Shown piece after piece: positions 38,198 to 48,118 of a DNA stretch of 64,000 nucleotides. The notes beneath the pieces were generated by a model, which was given only the letters and a program-made list of their open reading frames with translations, was not told the origin of the DNA and searched no databases. Positions within the stretch are counted from its first letter, which is position 1, and each line of letters starts with the position of its first letter. The translations under genes and the position numbers were made by a program. This DNA is from Patescibacteria group bacterium UBA6017 (GTDB lineage Bacteria; Patescibacteriota; Saccharimonadia; UBA4664), in the NCBI GenBank assembly GCA_002429485.1, contig DIZX01000015.1:21363-85362 (forward strand), read 5' to 3'.

Positions 38198-39556
38198 CTA
38201 CGTGCGCTCTCGCGGAGACTGTCTTATGATCTGCCGATCATCCACCATCAGATAGGATATTACTCCGGCCAAAACAGCCAAAACCGCACATAATATTGCT
38301 GCAAAACGGTAGGAATTCGCCGCCCCAAACAGCCCCAACAGCCCGATCACAAATAATCCCGCCACCCGCGACACGGCATTATTCACTCCCGAGGCAATTC
38401 CCGAATCATTAGTATCCACCGAACCCATCACCGTTGCCGTCAGCGGCGCTACCGTGAGCGCCAGCCCCAACGCGAACAACGCCAGGCCGGGAAATACGCT
38501 AATAAAGTACGGCGCCGACTTGCCCATCACCGCCAGCATAGCAATCCCCGCCCCGGCCAATAACGGACCGGCCGTCATCAGCCTCCTGGGCCCGTGAGCG
38601 CCTGCCCACGCTCCCGCGCGCGACGACACCAGAAACAGGATAATCGTGATCGGCAGCAGACTGGCTCCCGCTTGGAGCGTGGTGTAGCCGGCCGTCGTCT
38701 GCAGATAGATTGCCAACGAAAACAAGAAGCCGCCGAGCGCGCCGTACATGGAAAACGTTGTAATATTTGCTGCTAAAAAGTTTCGTGACTTAAATAAATC
38801 CAACTTTAGCATGGGGTCAGCGTGCCGCTTTTCATACCACCCAAAACCGAGGATTATGCCTATACCAAAGGTAATGGCCGTTAACTCGCCGACAGCCCAA
38901 TGCGACCCCGGGCCCTCAATCAACGCGTACGTGAGACTCCCCAAACCAACCATAGCCAGAGTCGCCCCCACCCAGTCCACCCTACGGCTGCGATCGCCGG
39001 TATGCTCCACCATACCGGCCCGCGCCATCACCAACGTCGCCAACACCAGGGGTACATTAATAAAAAATATTAATCGCCACGAGCCAACGTCCACTAAATA
39101 CCCGCCAAGCAGGGGCCCGGCCGCCGTTACAATTGCCGAAAAAGCCGTCCACCGACCGATCGCCGCCGCCCGCATGTGAGGCTCAAAGTTAGTATTAATA
39201 ATCGCCAGGCCGCTCGGCACGAGCAACGCGCCAAATATCCCCTGAACCACTCGCAAGATGATCAGAGTCTCCTGGTTCGGCGCCAGGCCGCACAATAACG
39301 ATGCCGCCCCAAACCCCGCCAGCCCCGTGAAGTACACCCGGCGCTGACCGAAGATATCGCCCAACGACCCTCCGAGCAGGATCAAGGCCGACAAGCTGAG
39401 CAGATAGCCGTCCACAATCCACTGCAGCGCCGAGAAGCTGGCATGCAAATCAAGCCCAATCCTCGGCAGGGCCAAGTTCACTACCACTCCGTCGAGGATC
39501 ACAATACCGCTCCCAAGGATGGTTGCCGCCAAGGTGAGTTGCTGCTTGCGTGTCAT
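38198..39556 (-). CDS. MFS transporter (DHA2 family)
   Basis: D..VVNLALP, GGSLGDIFG, WRLIFFINVP; start placed at ATG 39556. Confidence 0.92.
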   Translation of the reverse strand: MTRKQQLTLAATILGSGIVILDGVVVNLALPRIGLDLHASFSALQWIVDGYLLSLSALILLGGSLGDIFGQRRVYFTGLAGFGAASLLCGLAPNQETLIILRVVQGIFGALLVPSGLAIINTNFEPHMRAAAIGRWTAFSAIVTAAGPLLGGYLVDVGSWRLIFFINVPLVLATLVMARAGMVEHTGDRSRRVDWVGATLAMVGLGSLTYALIEGPGSHWAVGELTAITFGIGIILGFGWYEKRHADPMLKLDLFKSRNFLAANITTFSMYGALGGFLFSLAIYLQTTAGYTTLQAGASLLPITIILFLVSSRAGAWAGAHGPRRLMTAGPLLAGAGIAMLAVMGKSAPYFISVFPGLALFALGLALTVAPLTATVMGSVDTNDSGIASGVNNAVSRVAGLFVIGLLGLFGAANSYRFAAILCAVLAVLAGVISYLMVDDRQIIRQSPRERT

Positions 39557-39595
39557 TAGCAAATTTTAGCACGCCAATGAGGCTATAATGGAGCA

Positions 39596-40306
39596 ATGTC
39601 TCACTACGACCAATTTGCCCCCTTCTACGACACCGTCATGGGTGACCGTGGCGATGTTATCGATATAATTTCGGATGCCATCACCCACCACCATCCCGCC
39701 GCCAAATCCCTGCTCGAGCTTGGCTGCGGCACCGGCAGTATCATGGCAGGATTCGCCGACAACTTTGAACTTCACGGCATCGATCAATCCGCTAATATGT
39801 TGCAAATTGCACAACACAAGCTTCCATCCGCCACCCTTCACCAAGGCACTATTGCCGGCTCCGAATTGCACCAGCAGTATGACGTCATCATTTGCGTTTT
39901 CGACACCCTGAACCATCTCACCGATTATTCCGATTGGCAAAAACTCCTTGCTAGCACCAAAAAACATCTGTGTTCAAATGGTTTATTCATTTTCGATATG
40001 AACACTATCGGGCGCCTGCAGACCCTCTCGTCCATCCCGAGTTTCATTCAGGACTTCAAAACCGGCACCATGGAAATGATCATCGAACCAGTTGCTGCCA
40101 ATGAAGTTATCTGGCACGTCACCATCCAAGAGCCTGCCGCCGACGGCGCCATCCAGGTCTACCAGGAGCGCGTGCATGAGGCATCATTCCCCATAGACCA
40201 AGTCACCGCCGAGCTGGCAACCCGATTTGAAGTTCTCGAGCGTTTTGACTCCAACCACGAGCAGCCCACCGACAGCTCCGATCGCGTCTACTTCGTCTGC
40301 CGCTAA
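39596..40306 (+). CDS. Class I SAM-dependent methyltransferase
   Basis: LLELGCGTG, GIDQS..ML, DTLNHL, GLFIFD. Confidence 0.9.
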   Translation: MSHYDQFAPFYDTVMGDRGDVIDIISDAITHHHPAAKSLLELGCGTGSIMAGFADNFELHGIDQSANMLQIAQHKLPSATLHQGTIAGSELHQQYDVIICVFDTLNHLTDYSDWQKLLASTKKHLCSNGLFIFDMNTIGRLQTLSSIPSFIQDFKTGTMEMIIEPVAANEVIWHVTIQEPAADGAIQVYQERVHEASFPIDQVTAELATRFEVLERFDSNHEQPTDSSDRVYFVCR

Positions 40307-40311
40307 GGTTA

Positions 40312-40590
40312 TTGGCAAAAAAGCCAATGTATAAATATTACCCAGACCCTAGGATAGTATCCAATAAGTCCGGGGAGATTGAGATGGAACGCGAAATAAC
40401 CAAGCAGGAATTAAATAAACCCAAGCAAAAAACCAAGCGAAAGTCCGCCAAACCGACGCTCGCATTTGGAGAGCGCATTGAATACAGCCGAGAAAACACT
40501 AGCGCCAACCAGGAGCTCACCGACGAGTACGGTGAGATGATCTACCGAGACCACGACGAGTTCGGGGAGTGGCTCGACCGCCACCAGTAA
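40312..40590 (+). CDS. Hypothetical small charged protein
   Basis: ORF follows the methyltransferase; start uncertain (TTG 40312 or ATG 40327). Confidence 0.55.
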   Translation: MAKKPMYKYYPDPRIVSNKSGEIEMEREITKQELNKPKQKTKRKSAKPTLAFGERIEYSRENTSANQELTDEYGEMIYRDHDEFGEWLDRHQ

Positions 40591-40595
40591 GGTTA

Positions 40596-40754
40596 CTAGC
40601 CTCGGCGCATATACATATACCAGGCCAGAAATACCACCAGTACCACCAAGAAACCAATTCCGAAGAGCTTAATCGGCACATTCGCCAATATCGGCGCTCC
40701 GGTTGAGCTTGCCTGTGCGAGCCCCGAATCTGTCATAACTGCTAACCCCACCAT
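40596..40754 (-). CDS. 52-aa tail-anchored membrane protein (not in the ORF track)
   Basis: MVGLAV...LFGIGFLVVLVVFLAWYMYMRRG; SD-like ggagaagg upstream. Confidence 0.55.
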   Translation of the reverse strand: MVGLAVMTDSGLAQASSTGAPILANVPIKLFGIGFLVVLVVFLAWYMYMRRG

Positions 40755-40975
40755 GACCTTCTCCCATCAACCATTACCATTATCTTAACAGTAACCCCGC
40801 GTTCAGCGGGGATCTGAGTGGTCGTACACCTACGCCCTTTACATAGCCATGATATGCATCTTAAGATAAGAAGTTTGATATTTATAATGATTTGTGCTAT
40901 TATAGTATTAATTCAGCACCCCTGAATTTCCCCGCTCTTTCACTCTCCCGCACCAACGACCCTCTGGAGGTCAGT

Positions 40976-41410
40976 ATGCCCGAAATCCTGCCCCGTGTTT
41001 TCTCTGTTCTGGTACTCGACAACCCTGCCGCGTACGAGTTCGACAAATGCGCGAGCATTCTCAGCGATCACCTCGGCTACCCCGTCCAACTCCAAGTGAC
41101 GGCACCGAAGTTCGAAGACAGATTCAACTCTGCCAGAGGCTTCTACGTATCCGAATGGATCCGCGAGCATGCCAGCGACGCACAGGCATACGGCGCGATC
41201 TTCGTGGGCAACAACCTGCGCATCGGTGAAGACATCGTCGACGCGCTCCCCGTGGCTGTCCTTCCCAGGACCATGATCACCTGGAGCTCTCTCTACCCAG
41301 GCGCCGAGCGGGTGTATGCAGACCGCAAATGCAGCCACTTCGCCGAACGCGTCAATCTCGACGCGATTGTGGGCTTCCTGGAGAACATCATCACCCAGAC
41401 GGCTGCCTAG
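40976..41410 (+). CDS. Hypothetical protein
   Basis: ggagg SD before ATG 40976; AT-rich promoter-like region at 40875-40908. Confidence 0.65.
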   Translation: MPEILPRVFSVLVLDNPAAYEFDKCASILSDHLGYPVQLQVTAPKFEDRFNSARGFYVSEWIREHASDAQAYGAIFVGNNLRIGEDIVDALPVAVLPRTMITWSSLYPGAERVYADRKCSHFAERVNLDAIVGFLENIITQTAA

Positions 41411-41562
41411 CCGTCTACTCCGGCCCTGAAGCATCGTACGTACGTTCGACCCTTCGGGGCCGTTCGCACGTCTGGACGCAATTTGTGGTACAGTTGCGTA
41501 ACTTTTCGCAGCAATAAGCGCTGCCAATCGAGCACCCACCGACCGAAAGGCTGGTTCCAACG

Positions 41563-42114
41563 ATGAAGATCGAGATATGGCGTCACGGAGAACCGATTCC
41601 GTCCAAGTCCAAGCTCCACGGCTTCACCGATACGGACCAAGGCTCAGCGTTGATCCGCGCCGGCGGGAAGACTATGGGCATCCTCAGACTCTCTGACGAC
41701 CTTGCCCTCAAACTTCTTGGTGCCATGTGGCAGTCTTGTCCCGAAGCCGGACAGCTCCCTTTGCGTCACAGACGGCGCGAAGGCTACTTCGCCAGCGAGC
41801 TAGGCGGCAGCGTCAGACTGAAATGTCACACGTGCGGCTACAGTGAACTTGTTCACCCCAGCCATCACCTGGTCCACCCCGACAAACCGCATCTGACGCA
41901 ATCGCCTCACCGAGTTGCCATCAACCGCGCCGACTGGAGTGAGGCGGAGAGCGCACTTACGTTGCCGCAGACCGAGGGTCACCTCTGCATCTGCGTGCGG
42001 CCTCAAGACTCCCCCGTCAACACGTCAGCCGTGGCCGCCAAAGCCGCCCATCCGAACGCCCGAGTCGTTTCCAGGAGCGGACACGTGATCATTCTGAGCA
42101 ATGTCTACACCTAG
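41563..42114 (+). CDS. Hypothetical protein with Cys/His (possible Zn-binding) motifs
   Basis: CP...CHTCG; gaaagg upstream. Confidence 0.5.
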   Translation: MKIEIWRHGEPIPSKSKLHGFTDTDQGSALIRAGGKTMGILRLSDDLALKLLGAMWQSCPEAGQLPLRHRRREGYFASELGGSVRLKCHTCGYSELVHPSHHLVHPDKPHLTQSPHRVAINRADWSEAESALTLPQTEGHLCICVRPQDSPVNTSAVAAKAAHPNARVVSRSGHVIILSNVYT

Positions 42115-42305
42115 AGGCTCAGACCAATGCCCAACCCGCCTCCGCCCGGAGGCGACCAAATGGCCGAGAAGATACCCTCTTCCCGGCCATTATACTTTTT
42201 ATAGCGTAAATCACCATACTTCGTTGCAATAATTACATCAGATTAACGACAAAGCGCCCCCACAAGCGGGGACGCAGTGCCTGCCCGTGAGGGGCGAATG
42301 GGTCG

Positions 42306-42656
42306 TCAGACCCGGGGGAGAAGGAAGCCTTCGATTTCCACCGACGTGGTGTAGATGTCTTCGGGTGCGAGTCCGCCCTTGGCGAACTCCTCCCAAAGAT
42401 AGCGAACGTAGACCTCGGGAACATCCACGCCGTCACGGAGTGCATCGAGCAGCTGGTTGGCCTTGAGTTTGCACGCCTTCACGACGAGGTCATGGAGCTC
42501 CTCTTTCGAGGTACGGGCTGCTTTGAGCGTGAGCCCGCAGTCGTCCAACTCCTTCAGGAACAACCGGCGATAAAGGTCGTACTGCGACGTGCCGCGCCGA
42601 AGGATGGCTAGCCACTGATTGGCATTGTGCAAGCTGGGAACACCGGCGGTCATCAT
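42306..42656 (-). CDS. Hypothetical protein with internal two-fold repeat
   Basis: ANQWLAILRRG...GLT...TS..EL and ANQLLDALRDG...GLA...TT..EI; SD aagaagg. Confidence 0.6.
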   Translation of the reverse strand: MMTAGVPSLHNANQWLAILRRGTSQYDLYRRLFLKELDDCGLTLKAARTSKEELHDLVVKACKLKANQLLDALRDGVDVPEVYVRYLWEEFAKGGLAPEDIYTTSVEIEGFLLPRV

Positions 42657-42824
42657 GCCTTCTTTCATAGATGTGTATCGAGATATCTCGGGGTACTGCT
42701 CTGGAGCATAAAAGATATGATATATAGTTTATCTCATTATGTCAATGAAAATCCGTACCTCAAGCCAGACACACGCCTGACAACCTTCGCTCTTCCGGCC
42801 AAAAAACCGCTATACTACTACCCA

Positions 42825-44066
42825 ATGCCTCAACAACATACCCTCAACTCCCGCCTCACCCGCCGTCTGCTGCCGCTCTACGCGGGCGCTTTTCTGCAAA
42901 GCTGCGTCTTTTGGTATAGCACCGAAAAGCTGTTCATGGGCACGATTGGCTTCACCCCTACCACCATCGGGATCATGGCCTCGGCCTTCTCGCTCGCCAT
43001 GCTCCTGATCGAAACCCCCTCCGGCATCATCGCCGACCGATGGAGCCGCAAAGGCATGCTCGTTATTGCCAGCATCATCCTGGCCCTCTCATCTCTCATC
43101 GAGGGTCTTAGCCAAAACGTCCCCGTCTATATCTTCGGCGCCATGATCTGGGGCATCTTCGCCGCCCTCTATGCCGGCACCTACGACCCCATCGTCTACG
43201 ACACGCTCATCGAGGAGGCCGGCCACACCAATGGTTTTAAGCGCTACTTTGGTTTCATCAAAGTACTCGACGGCCTCGGCCTCGCGGTAGGCTCCATCGC
43301 CGGTGCCGCCATCGCTGCCAGCCTAGGACTGCGCTCAACCTTCTTCATTACTGTCCCCATCGCCCTACTCTCCGCCGTCTTCCTGATTTCGTTCAAAGAG
43401 CCCACCCTGCACAAAGCCCTAGCCGCAGGCCCAATCGTCGCCCACCTCCGCACCATGATTCGGGCCGCTCTGCACCGCAGCTCGCTACTGGGAATCCTGC
43501 TCATCCTCGTGATCGGTGCCGTCCTCGTCGAAACTATCTTCGAATTTACCCAGCTTTGGCTTATCGCCACCGCCACGCCCGTCGTCTTGTTCGGCGTTTC
43601 CACTGCCATCGTATTGGGCACCATCAGTCTCTCGGGCCTACTGGCCCCTCATCTCCGCCTCAACGATCGCAAATTCGTTGCTTTTTTCACAACAATTCTC
43701 TTAATTTCTGGCCTCATATTAGTTTCCACTCATATCAACTGGCTGCTCGTCATCGCCCAATCCATCATCGTCATCGGTATGCTCAGCACCGGCATCGTCT
43801 ATCTGGAACGCCTCCACGACCGTCTGCCATCTAGCGTCCGTTCTGGCGCCGCTTCGGCCATCAGCTCCCTCGGCCGCCTGATATTCATCGGCGTGGCCGT
43901 CCTCTTCGGATCAGTCGCAGAACACCACTCCATCTTCACGGCCGGTTGGCTCATCACCGTACCGCTAATCGTTATTTGCGCCTTCCTCTATCTGGAAGCG
44001 CGCTCAACCTACCGCGACGACCCCGCCGACTATTCTGCCGAAGGCAGCCCAATAGTTCCCCACTAA
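42825..44066 (+). CDS. MFS transporter
   Basis: ETPSG.IADRWSRK motif, many TM helices; TATACT before the ATG. Confidence 0.9.
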   Translation: MPQQHTLNSRLTRRLLPLYAGAFLQSCVFWYSTEKLFMGTIGFTPTTIGIMASAFSLAMLLIETPSGIIADRWSRKGMLVIASIILALSSLIEGLSQNVPVYIFGAMIWGIFAALYAGTYDPIVYDTLIEEAGHTNGFKRYFGFIKVLDGLGLAVGSIAGAAIAASLGLRSTFFITVPIALLSAVFLISFKEPTLHKALAAGPIVAHLRTMIRAALHRSSLLGILLILVIGAVLVETIFEFTQLWLIATATPVVLFGVSTAIVLGTISLSGLLAPHLRLNDRKFVAFFTTILLISGLILVSTHINWLLVIAQSIIVIGMLSTGIVYLERLHDRLPSSVRSGAASAISSLGRLIFIGVAVLFGSVAEHHSIFTAGWLITVPLIVICAFLYLEARSTYRDDPADYSAEGSPIVPH

Positions 44067-44157
44067 TTCCCAAATAATATAAAAAAGAAGCCCCGCACGC
44101 GGAGCTCCTATGTAGGTAATGCTTCGCCATTGCGGGGTAGATAGCCGACCCTGAGGG

Positions 44158-44589
44158 TCAGCCGGTTGGATCTCTTTCGAACTTCGCGCCGTTACGGGGC
44201 CTCACTTGAGTGCACCCAATCCGGACGATCACCAGTGCCTCCGGGGGCATGAGCACCATAGCCGAAGGTATTTCGGCGGCCCGCGTCGCACTGCGCAAGA
44301 TCCGTTGATGGTCGCAAATAACGCTCAACCTCACGTCATCGGCCGCCGAGGTTCGCAGCTGAGCAAATATTGCCTCAGCCAAGAAAGCCTCGAACAGCTG
44401 AATCCGTCCCTCAGACAGATCAAGAGAGTCGAGTTTGATGTTCTCCGCCGGAGCGACTACTGTACCTTGCGCAGGTACGTCATAGTCCACTTCGGCCAAA
44501 CCAACCGTCGCTCGAAGCTGCCTGCCAACCCAGTGTGCGGCAGCAAATGCCGCCAGCCAGGCTTCGGTATGTTTCACACTCGAGGTCAT
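44158..44589 (-). CDS. Hypothetical protein
   Basis: SD gaggagg before MTSSVK; followed by terminator-like hairpin and T-tract at ~44080-44108. Confidence 0.6.
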   Translation of the reverse strand: MTSSVKHTEAWLAAFAAAHWVGRQLRATVGLAEVDYDVPAQGTVVAPAENIKLDSLDLSEGRIQLFEAFLAEAIFAQLRTSAADDVRLSVICDHQRILRSATRAAEIPSAMVLMPPEALVIVRIGCTQVRPRNGAKFERDPTG

Positions 44590-44630
44590 GCTGTGCCTCC
44601 TCATTCGAGTTGGGTTGAATCCAAATGGAT

Positions 44631-44978
44631 TCAGGAGGTGACGTAGTGCCCCGAACGCGAGGCTGAGTTGTAGGTTGCCAAGGCGACCATGGGCTTTTGC
44701 TCGTTGGGGCTGTCGGTCGAGGCACACCCCGTGGAGGTCCTCTTCAGGGTACCCGCGATCATCCAGAACGGAGCGACCGTCTTGAACCTGACGGCATGGA
44801 AGAGGGTCAGGCGACCCTCGCTGTACTGCGTCGGTATAGCCTCGCCGGCTTCTCCGTGCTCGTCCAGGAGCCGAACCTTGATCGTAGGCTTCATGCCCAG
44901 ACGGACCATGAGTGCCAGCAACAAGATGAAGAACCCGGACGGACCCTCGAGCCTCGAGGTAACACTTTCTTCGGACAT
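44631..44978 (-). CDS. Hypothetical membrane-anchored protein
   Basis: N-terminal hydrophobic segment; co-oriented with 44158-44589. Confidence 0.5.
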   Translation of the reverse strand: MSEESVTSRLEGPSGFFILLLALMVRLGMKPTIKVRLLDEHGEAGEAIPTQYSEGRLTLFHAVRFKTVAPFWMIAGTLKRTSTGCASTDSPNEQKPMVALATYNSASRSGHYVTS

Positions 44979-45172
44979 TCGCCTTGCCTTTCGTCGAGTG
45001 GGTCAAGCGTTTCGCAACCATACCACCATATAAGACAAAAGTAAATCATCCAAATCTCGAACCAACCCCCGCATCAATAATGTCGTCAACCCGATTTTTG
45101 AGTACGATTCCAGACCGAATTCTCGCATCCGGCCTTCAAAAAGTTATTCGCGGCCATTTTTCTATATAATCC

Positions 45173-45427
45173 CTATTGGTCAGGATCGAGAATAGACGGT
45201 TGACCGGTCACCTTTCGATATGCAGCAAAATATTTGAGCCAGCGAACTTCGCCGGCGCTCACTTCCAACAAGTCATGATCAATACCCGAGACCCGGTCCT
45301 CGGCATATATTCCCTCTTCAACATTAAGCTTCTCAAGCTGCTCTTGAGACAGCTTTTCAATTTCGTCTTCAAACAATTGAAGCTCCGGGCCTTTGTTGTC
45401 CTCAACGATTTCGGTTGGGTCTATCAT
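45173..45427 (-). CDS. Hypothetical acidic small protein
   Basis: gaaaggg SD, upstream TATAAT. Confidence 0.55.
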   Translation of the reverse strand: MIDPTEIVEDNKGPELQLFEDEIEKLSQEQLEKLNVEEGIYAEDRVSGIDHDLLEVSAGEVRWLKYFAAYRKVTGQPSILDPDQ

Positions 45428-45480
45428 CTCGTACCCTTTCAAGCAGTTCTATCGATAAATATAATTATAATGCAGTGATG

Positions 45481-45512
45481 GATGGTCTGCGGCTTGTGAG
45501 CCGCAGACCATC
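45481..45512. terminator. Perfect 14-bp hairpin downstream of 45542-46573
   Basis: gatggtctgcggct-tgtg-agccgcagaccatc. Confidence 0.5.
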
Positions 45513-45541
45513 TCGTCTGACACTCCTGATGAAAAACCCAA

Positions 45542-46573
45542 TTACTCCTGGGTCTGCCTCACCGGGACGTCAACGCTGTCTTGGCCGTAGCCAGGACTCT
45601 GGGGCTGATGATGCATACTCTTGTCTCGTACCTGCTTTCCGTCAACGCGCTTGTTCGCGTCAACATGAGGGAACGGCTGGTCGCCAGTGTGCACTCCTGA
45701 GAAACGAATGCGCGTCGTGCCGTGGTCCACGTGATCAGTGAAGTTCTCCGCTCCATGCGGATCGAATGGATCACGGCGGTAGGTCACATTACCACTAGAG
45801 TTCATGGTGTAGTGACCGTGACCTGGTCCGTTAGGCTCGCCGATACCCCCGAAGTAGATGTTGACCGTGCCGTCAGGCCCGGTAGACATCCGCAAATCAT
45901 CAAGATACTCGGTAGGCACTCCGGCGCGTTGCGCAATTGCTCGCCTGTCATTCTTGCTCTGCTCGTTCTCAGCCCGAACAATCGTGAGTCGGTCCGCAAA
46001 GGAAGTTTTGGCACGATCGAAATCGTCCTTGGCCTGCCTGAACACCTCACTTGCACTTTCGTGCTGAGACTTGGCACCGTCGTACTCACCTTTTGCCCGA
46101 TCGAAGTCCGCTTTAGCCTGCTGGAATGCAGGCTTCGTGGCATCGTAGTAGTCGCGAGCCTCGCGAAGCTCGTTGACAAGCCGCCGCCGCTGAACGACCG
46201 CTGCTTGGGCCTCAGCCTTGTAGCTGTGGCCTTCATCAGCAAGCCTTCTTGCCGACTCTCTGTCGCCGGAGTTATAGGCCGCAGATGCGCTATCGAACGC
46301 GCTCTTCATGCTCTCGTAAGCAGCTTGCTGCTGCGAGTTCAACGTTTCGATTCGAGGGCGGTTCTGGTCCCGCAGCCTCTGCAGAGCCCGGCACGCATCA
46401 ACCTGCGTTTCGTAGTCCCGCAGCTTTGAGGCGTACGCACGGTCCATTACTTCCCATGTGGCTTGACGTCGGTTCCAGGCATTATTCTGTGCCTGCCACG
46501 CGTCCTGCTTACGCTGAAACACCCGGTCTTGTTCTGACTTCAAGCGGTCGAGCTCGACATCTTGCAGCGCCAT
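45542..46573 (-). CDS. Coiled-coil protein with His-rich C-terminal domain
   Basis: Long heptad helical region; IYFGG...GPGHGHY..YRRDPFDPHG. Confidence 0.7.
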   Translation of the reverse strand: MALQDVELDRLKSEQDRVFQRKQDAWQAQNNAWNRRQATWEVMDRAYASKLRDYETQVDACRALQRLRDQNRPRIETLNSQQQAAYESMKSAFDSASAAYNSGDRESARRLADEGHSYKAEAQAAVVQRRRLVNELREARDYYDATKPAFQQAKADFDRAKGEYDGAKSQHESASEVFRQAKDDFDRAKTSFADRLTIVRAENEQSKNDRRAIAQRAGVPTEYLDDLRMSTGPDGTVNIYFGGIGEPNGPGHGHYTMNSSGNVTYRRDPFDPHGAENFTDHVDHGTTRIRFSGVHTGDQPFPHVDANKRVDGKQVRDKSMHHQPQSPGYGQDSVDVPVRQTQE

Positions 46574-46706
46574 TCGGAGTCACCCACTCGTGTGAAGGAT
46601 CGGATTCCACGTTAAGTTACGTGAATCGAGACTATACCATTAATAGAGCCTTAATTACGATAGTAAAGATGTAAAATCACCATTGCGCTCATGCTACAAT
46701 TCACGC

Positions 46707-47483
46707 ATGAACGACACTACCCCCTCACCAACCCCAACCAACAAGCCCGCCCTGCAGCTCAGCCTCAGCTGGCGCACGCTCACGATCCTCTTGCTCGCCG
46801 TTATCGCCGCCATGACCTTCGCCTGGAAGCCCTGGACCAAGCCCACTGCCGCCCGCACCATCACTGTTCAGGGCGAAGCTACCATCACCGCCGTTCCAGA
46901 TAAATACGATTTCCAGCCCACCTTTGCAGGTGCCGACCTCAAAGCCGTCACCGCCACCGGCAACGAAGCCGTCGCTCGGCTCAAAAAATTAGGCGTCAAA
47001 GACACCGATATCAAAACCGCAATATCCTCAGCCGGTACCATGAATCCCGATCCGGCGTATGAGTCCCCCCTCATGTACCCGCGCCCCACATCAAACACCT
47101 CCACCTATACCATCACCTTGACCGTCCGGGACAAAACCCTCGCCCAAAAAGTCAGCGATTATCTCGCTACCACGCCGGCCACCGGCCAAGTCACACCGTC
47201 CGCCTCGTTCAACAAAGACACCGCGGCCAAGCTCGACCTCGATGCCCGCAGCAAAGCCAGTGATAATGCAAAATCCAAGGCCACTGTCACAGCCAAACAG
47301 CTTGGTGCCCACCTTGGCAAAGTCATCACGATCAGCGACGTCAGCAATGGCGGCATCTACCCCATGACCGGCACCGAAGGCACCATGCCGCCCCAACCAG
47401 CCAAAGCCGCAGCCGGCCCGACCGTCCAGCCCGGCACCAACGAAGTAAACTACTCCTTCACGGTCGAATTCGAACTAAAGTAA
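46707..47483 (+). CDS. SIMPL (DUF541) domain protein
   Basis: TITVQGEATITAVPD, A..NA..KA...A..LG..LGKVITIS, PGT..V...VEFEL. Confidence 0.88.
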   Translation: MNDTTPSPTPTNKPALQLSLSWRTLTILLLAVIAAMTFAWKPWTKPTAARTITVQGEATITAVPDKYDFQPTFAGADLKAVTATGNEAVARLKKLGVKDTDIKTAISSAGTMNPDPAYESPLMYPRPTSNTSTYTITLTVRDKTLAQKVSDYLATTPATGQVTPSASFNKDTAAKLDLDARSKASDNAKSKATVTAKQLGAHLGKVITISDVSNGGIYPMTGTEGTMPPQPAKAAAGPTVQPGTNEVNYSFTVEFELK

Positions 47484-47550
47484 CTCTCCAGAATTCGGAT
47501 TTCGTAGTAATTATATCTACGAAATAGCTCAAACACCTTTATCCCACGTA

Positions 47551-47979
47551 TCAGCCAGGATTGCTGGCGTGATTCTCGTGGCGCGGCAGCTTCATCTGCT
47601 GCTTACCGGCGAGCTTGATCCCCGCCTTGCCTACCCATAGCGCCATCCCCAACACACCCATCGCTGCCAACATCACCTTGCTCTTATCCACGATCGGCAC
47701 AAACTCCGACCCGTCCGGCGCAACGTTAATGTAGCCCACGGGGGTTGCCGTTATGTTCAAACCCAGCCCCATGCCGGTACCCTGCCCGAGCTTACCCGAC
47801 TCATCGCCCTTCACCGGCGCCTAACCGGTACCACCGCCCCCGCCGCCACGCACAGACACGCGGGCTACGGGCACAATTAGGTTCTCGCCGTTATGTACGG
47901 GCTCGCCAAACACCGCCTGCGCACTGGCTGTCTTTGAAATCCGATCCGAGAGCTCCGCCATTAAACCTTTTGCATCCAT
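47551..47979 (-). pseudogene. GerW/YtfJ-family gene interrupted by an in-frame TAG at 47821-47823
   Basis: VFGEPV...IVPVARV..GGGGG-TG*AP-VKG...G.G.G....PVGYI; both halves in the same frame. Confidence 0.75.
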
Positions 47980-48118
47980 ATTCATTCCCCTTTTACATAC
48001 AAAAAATATCCCATACGCCGTCGATGATCGATATATCACAATCACCAAATTAGCGGTCGCACCTATGAATATTCTTATGAGACCAACGAATCCGCCGCCG
48101 CCATGACGCTACGAAACG

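Noticed and set aside
44158-45021. 287-aa ORF as listed in the track
   Set aside because: Its 5' half overlaps the more plausible 44631-44978 gene; a strong SD supports a start at 44589
47821-47823. Genome-wide stop-codon reassignment
   Set aside because: TAG ends pheS, trpS and rmuC, and TGA ends several genes at the expected positions
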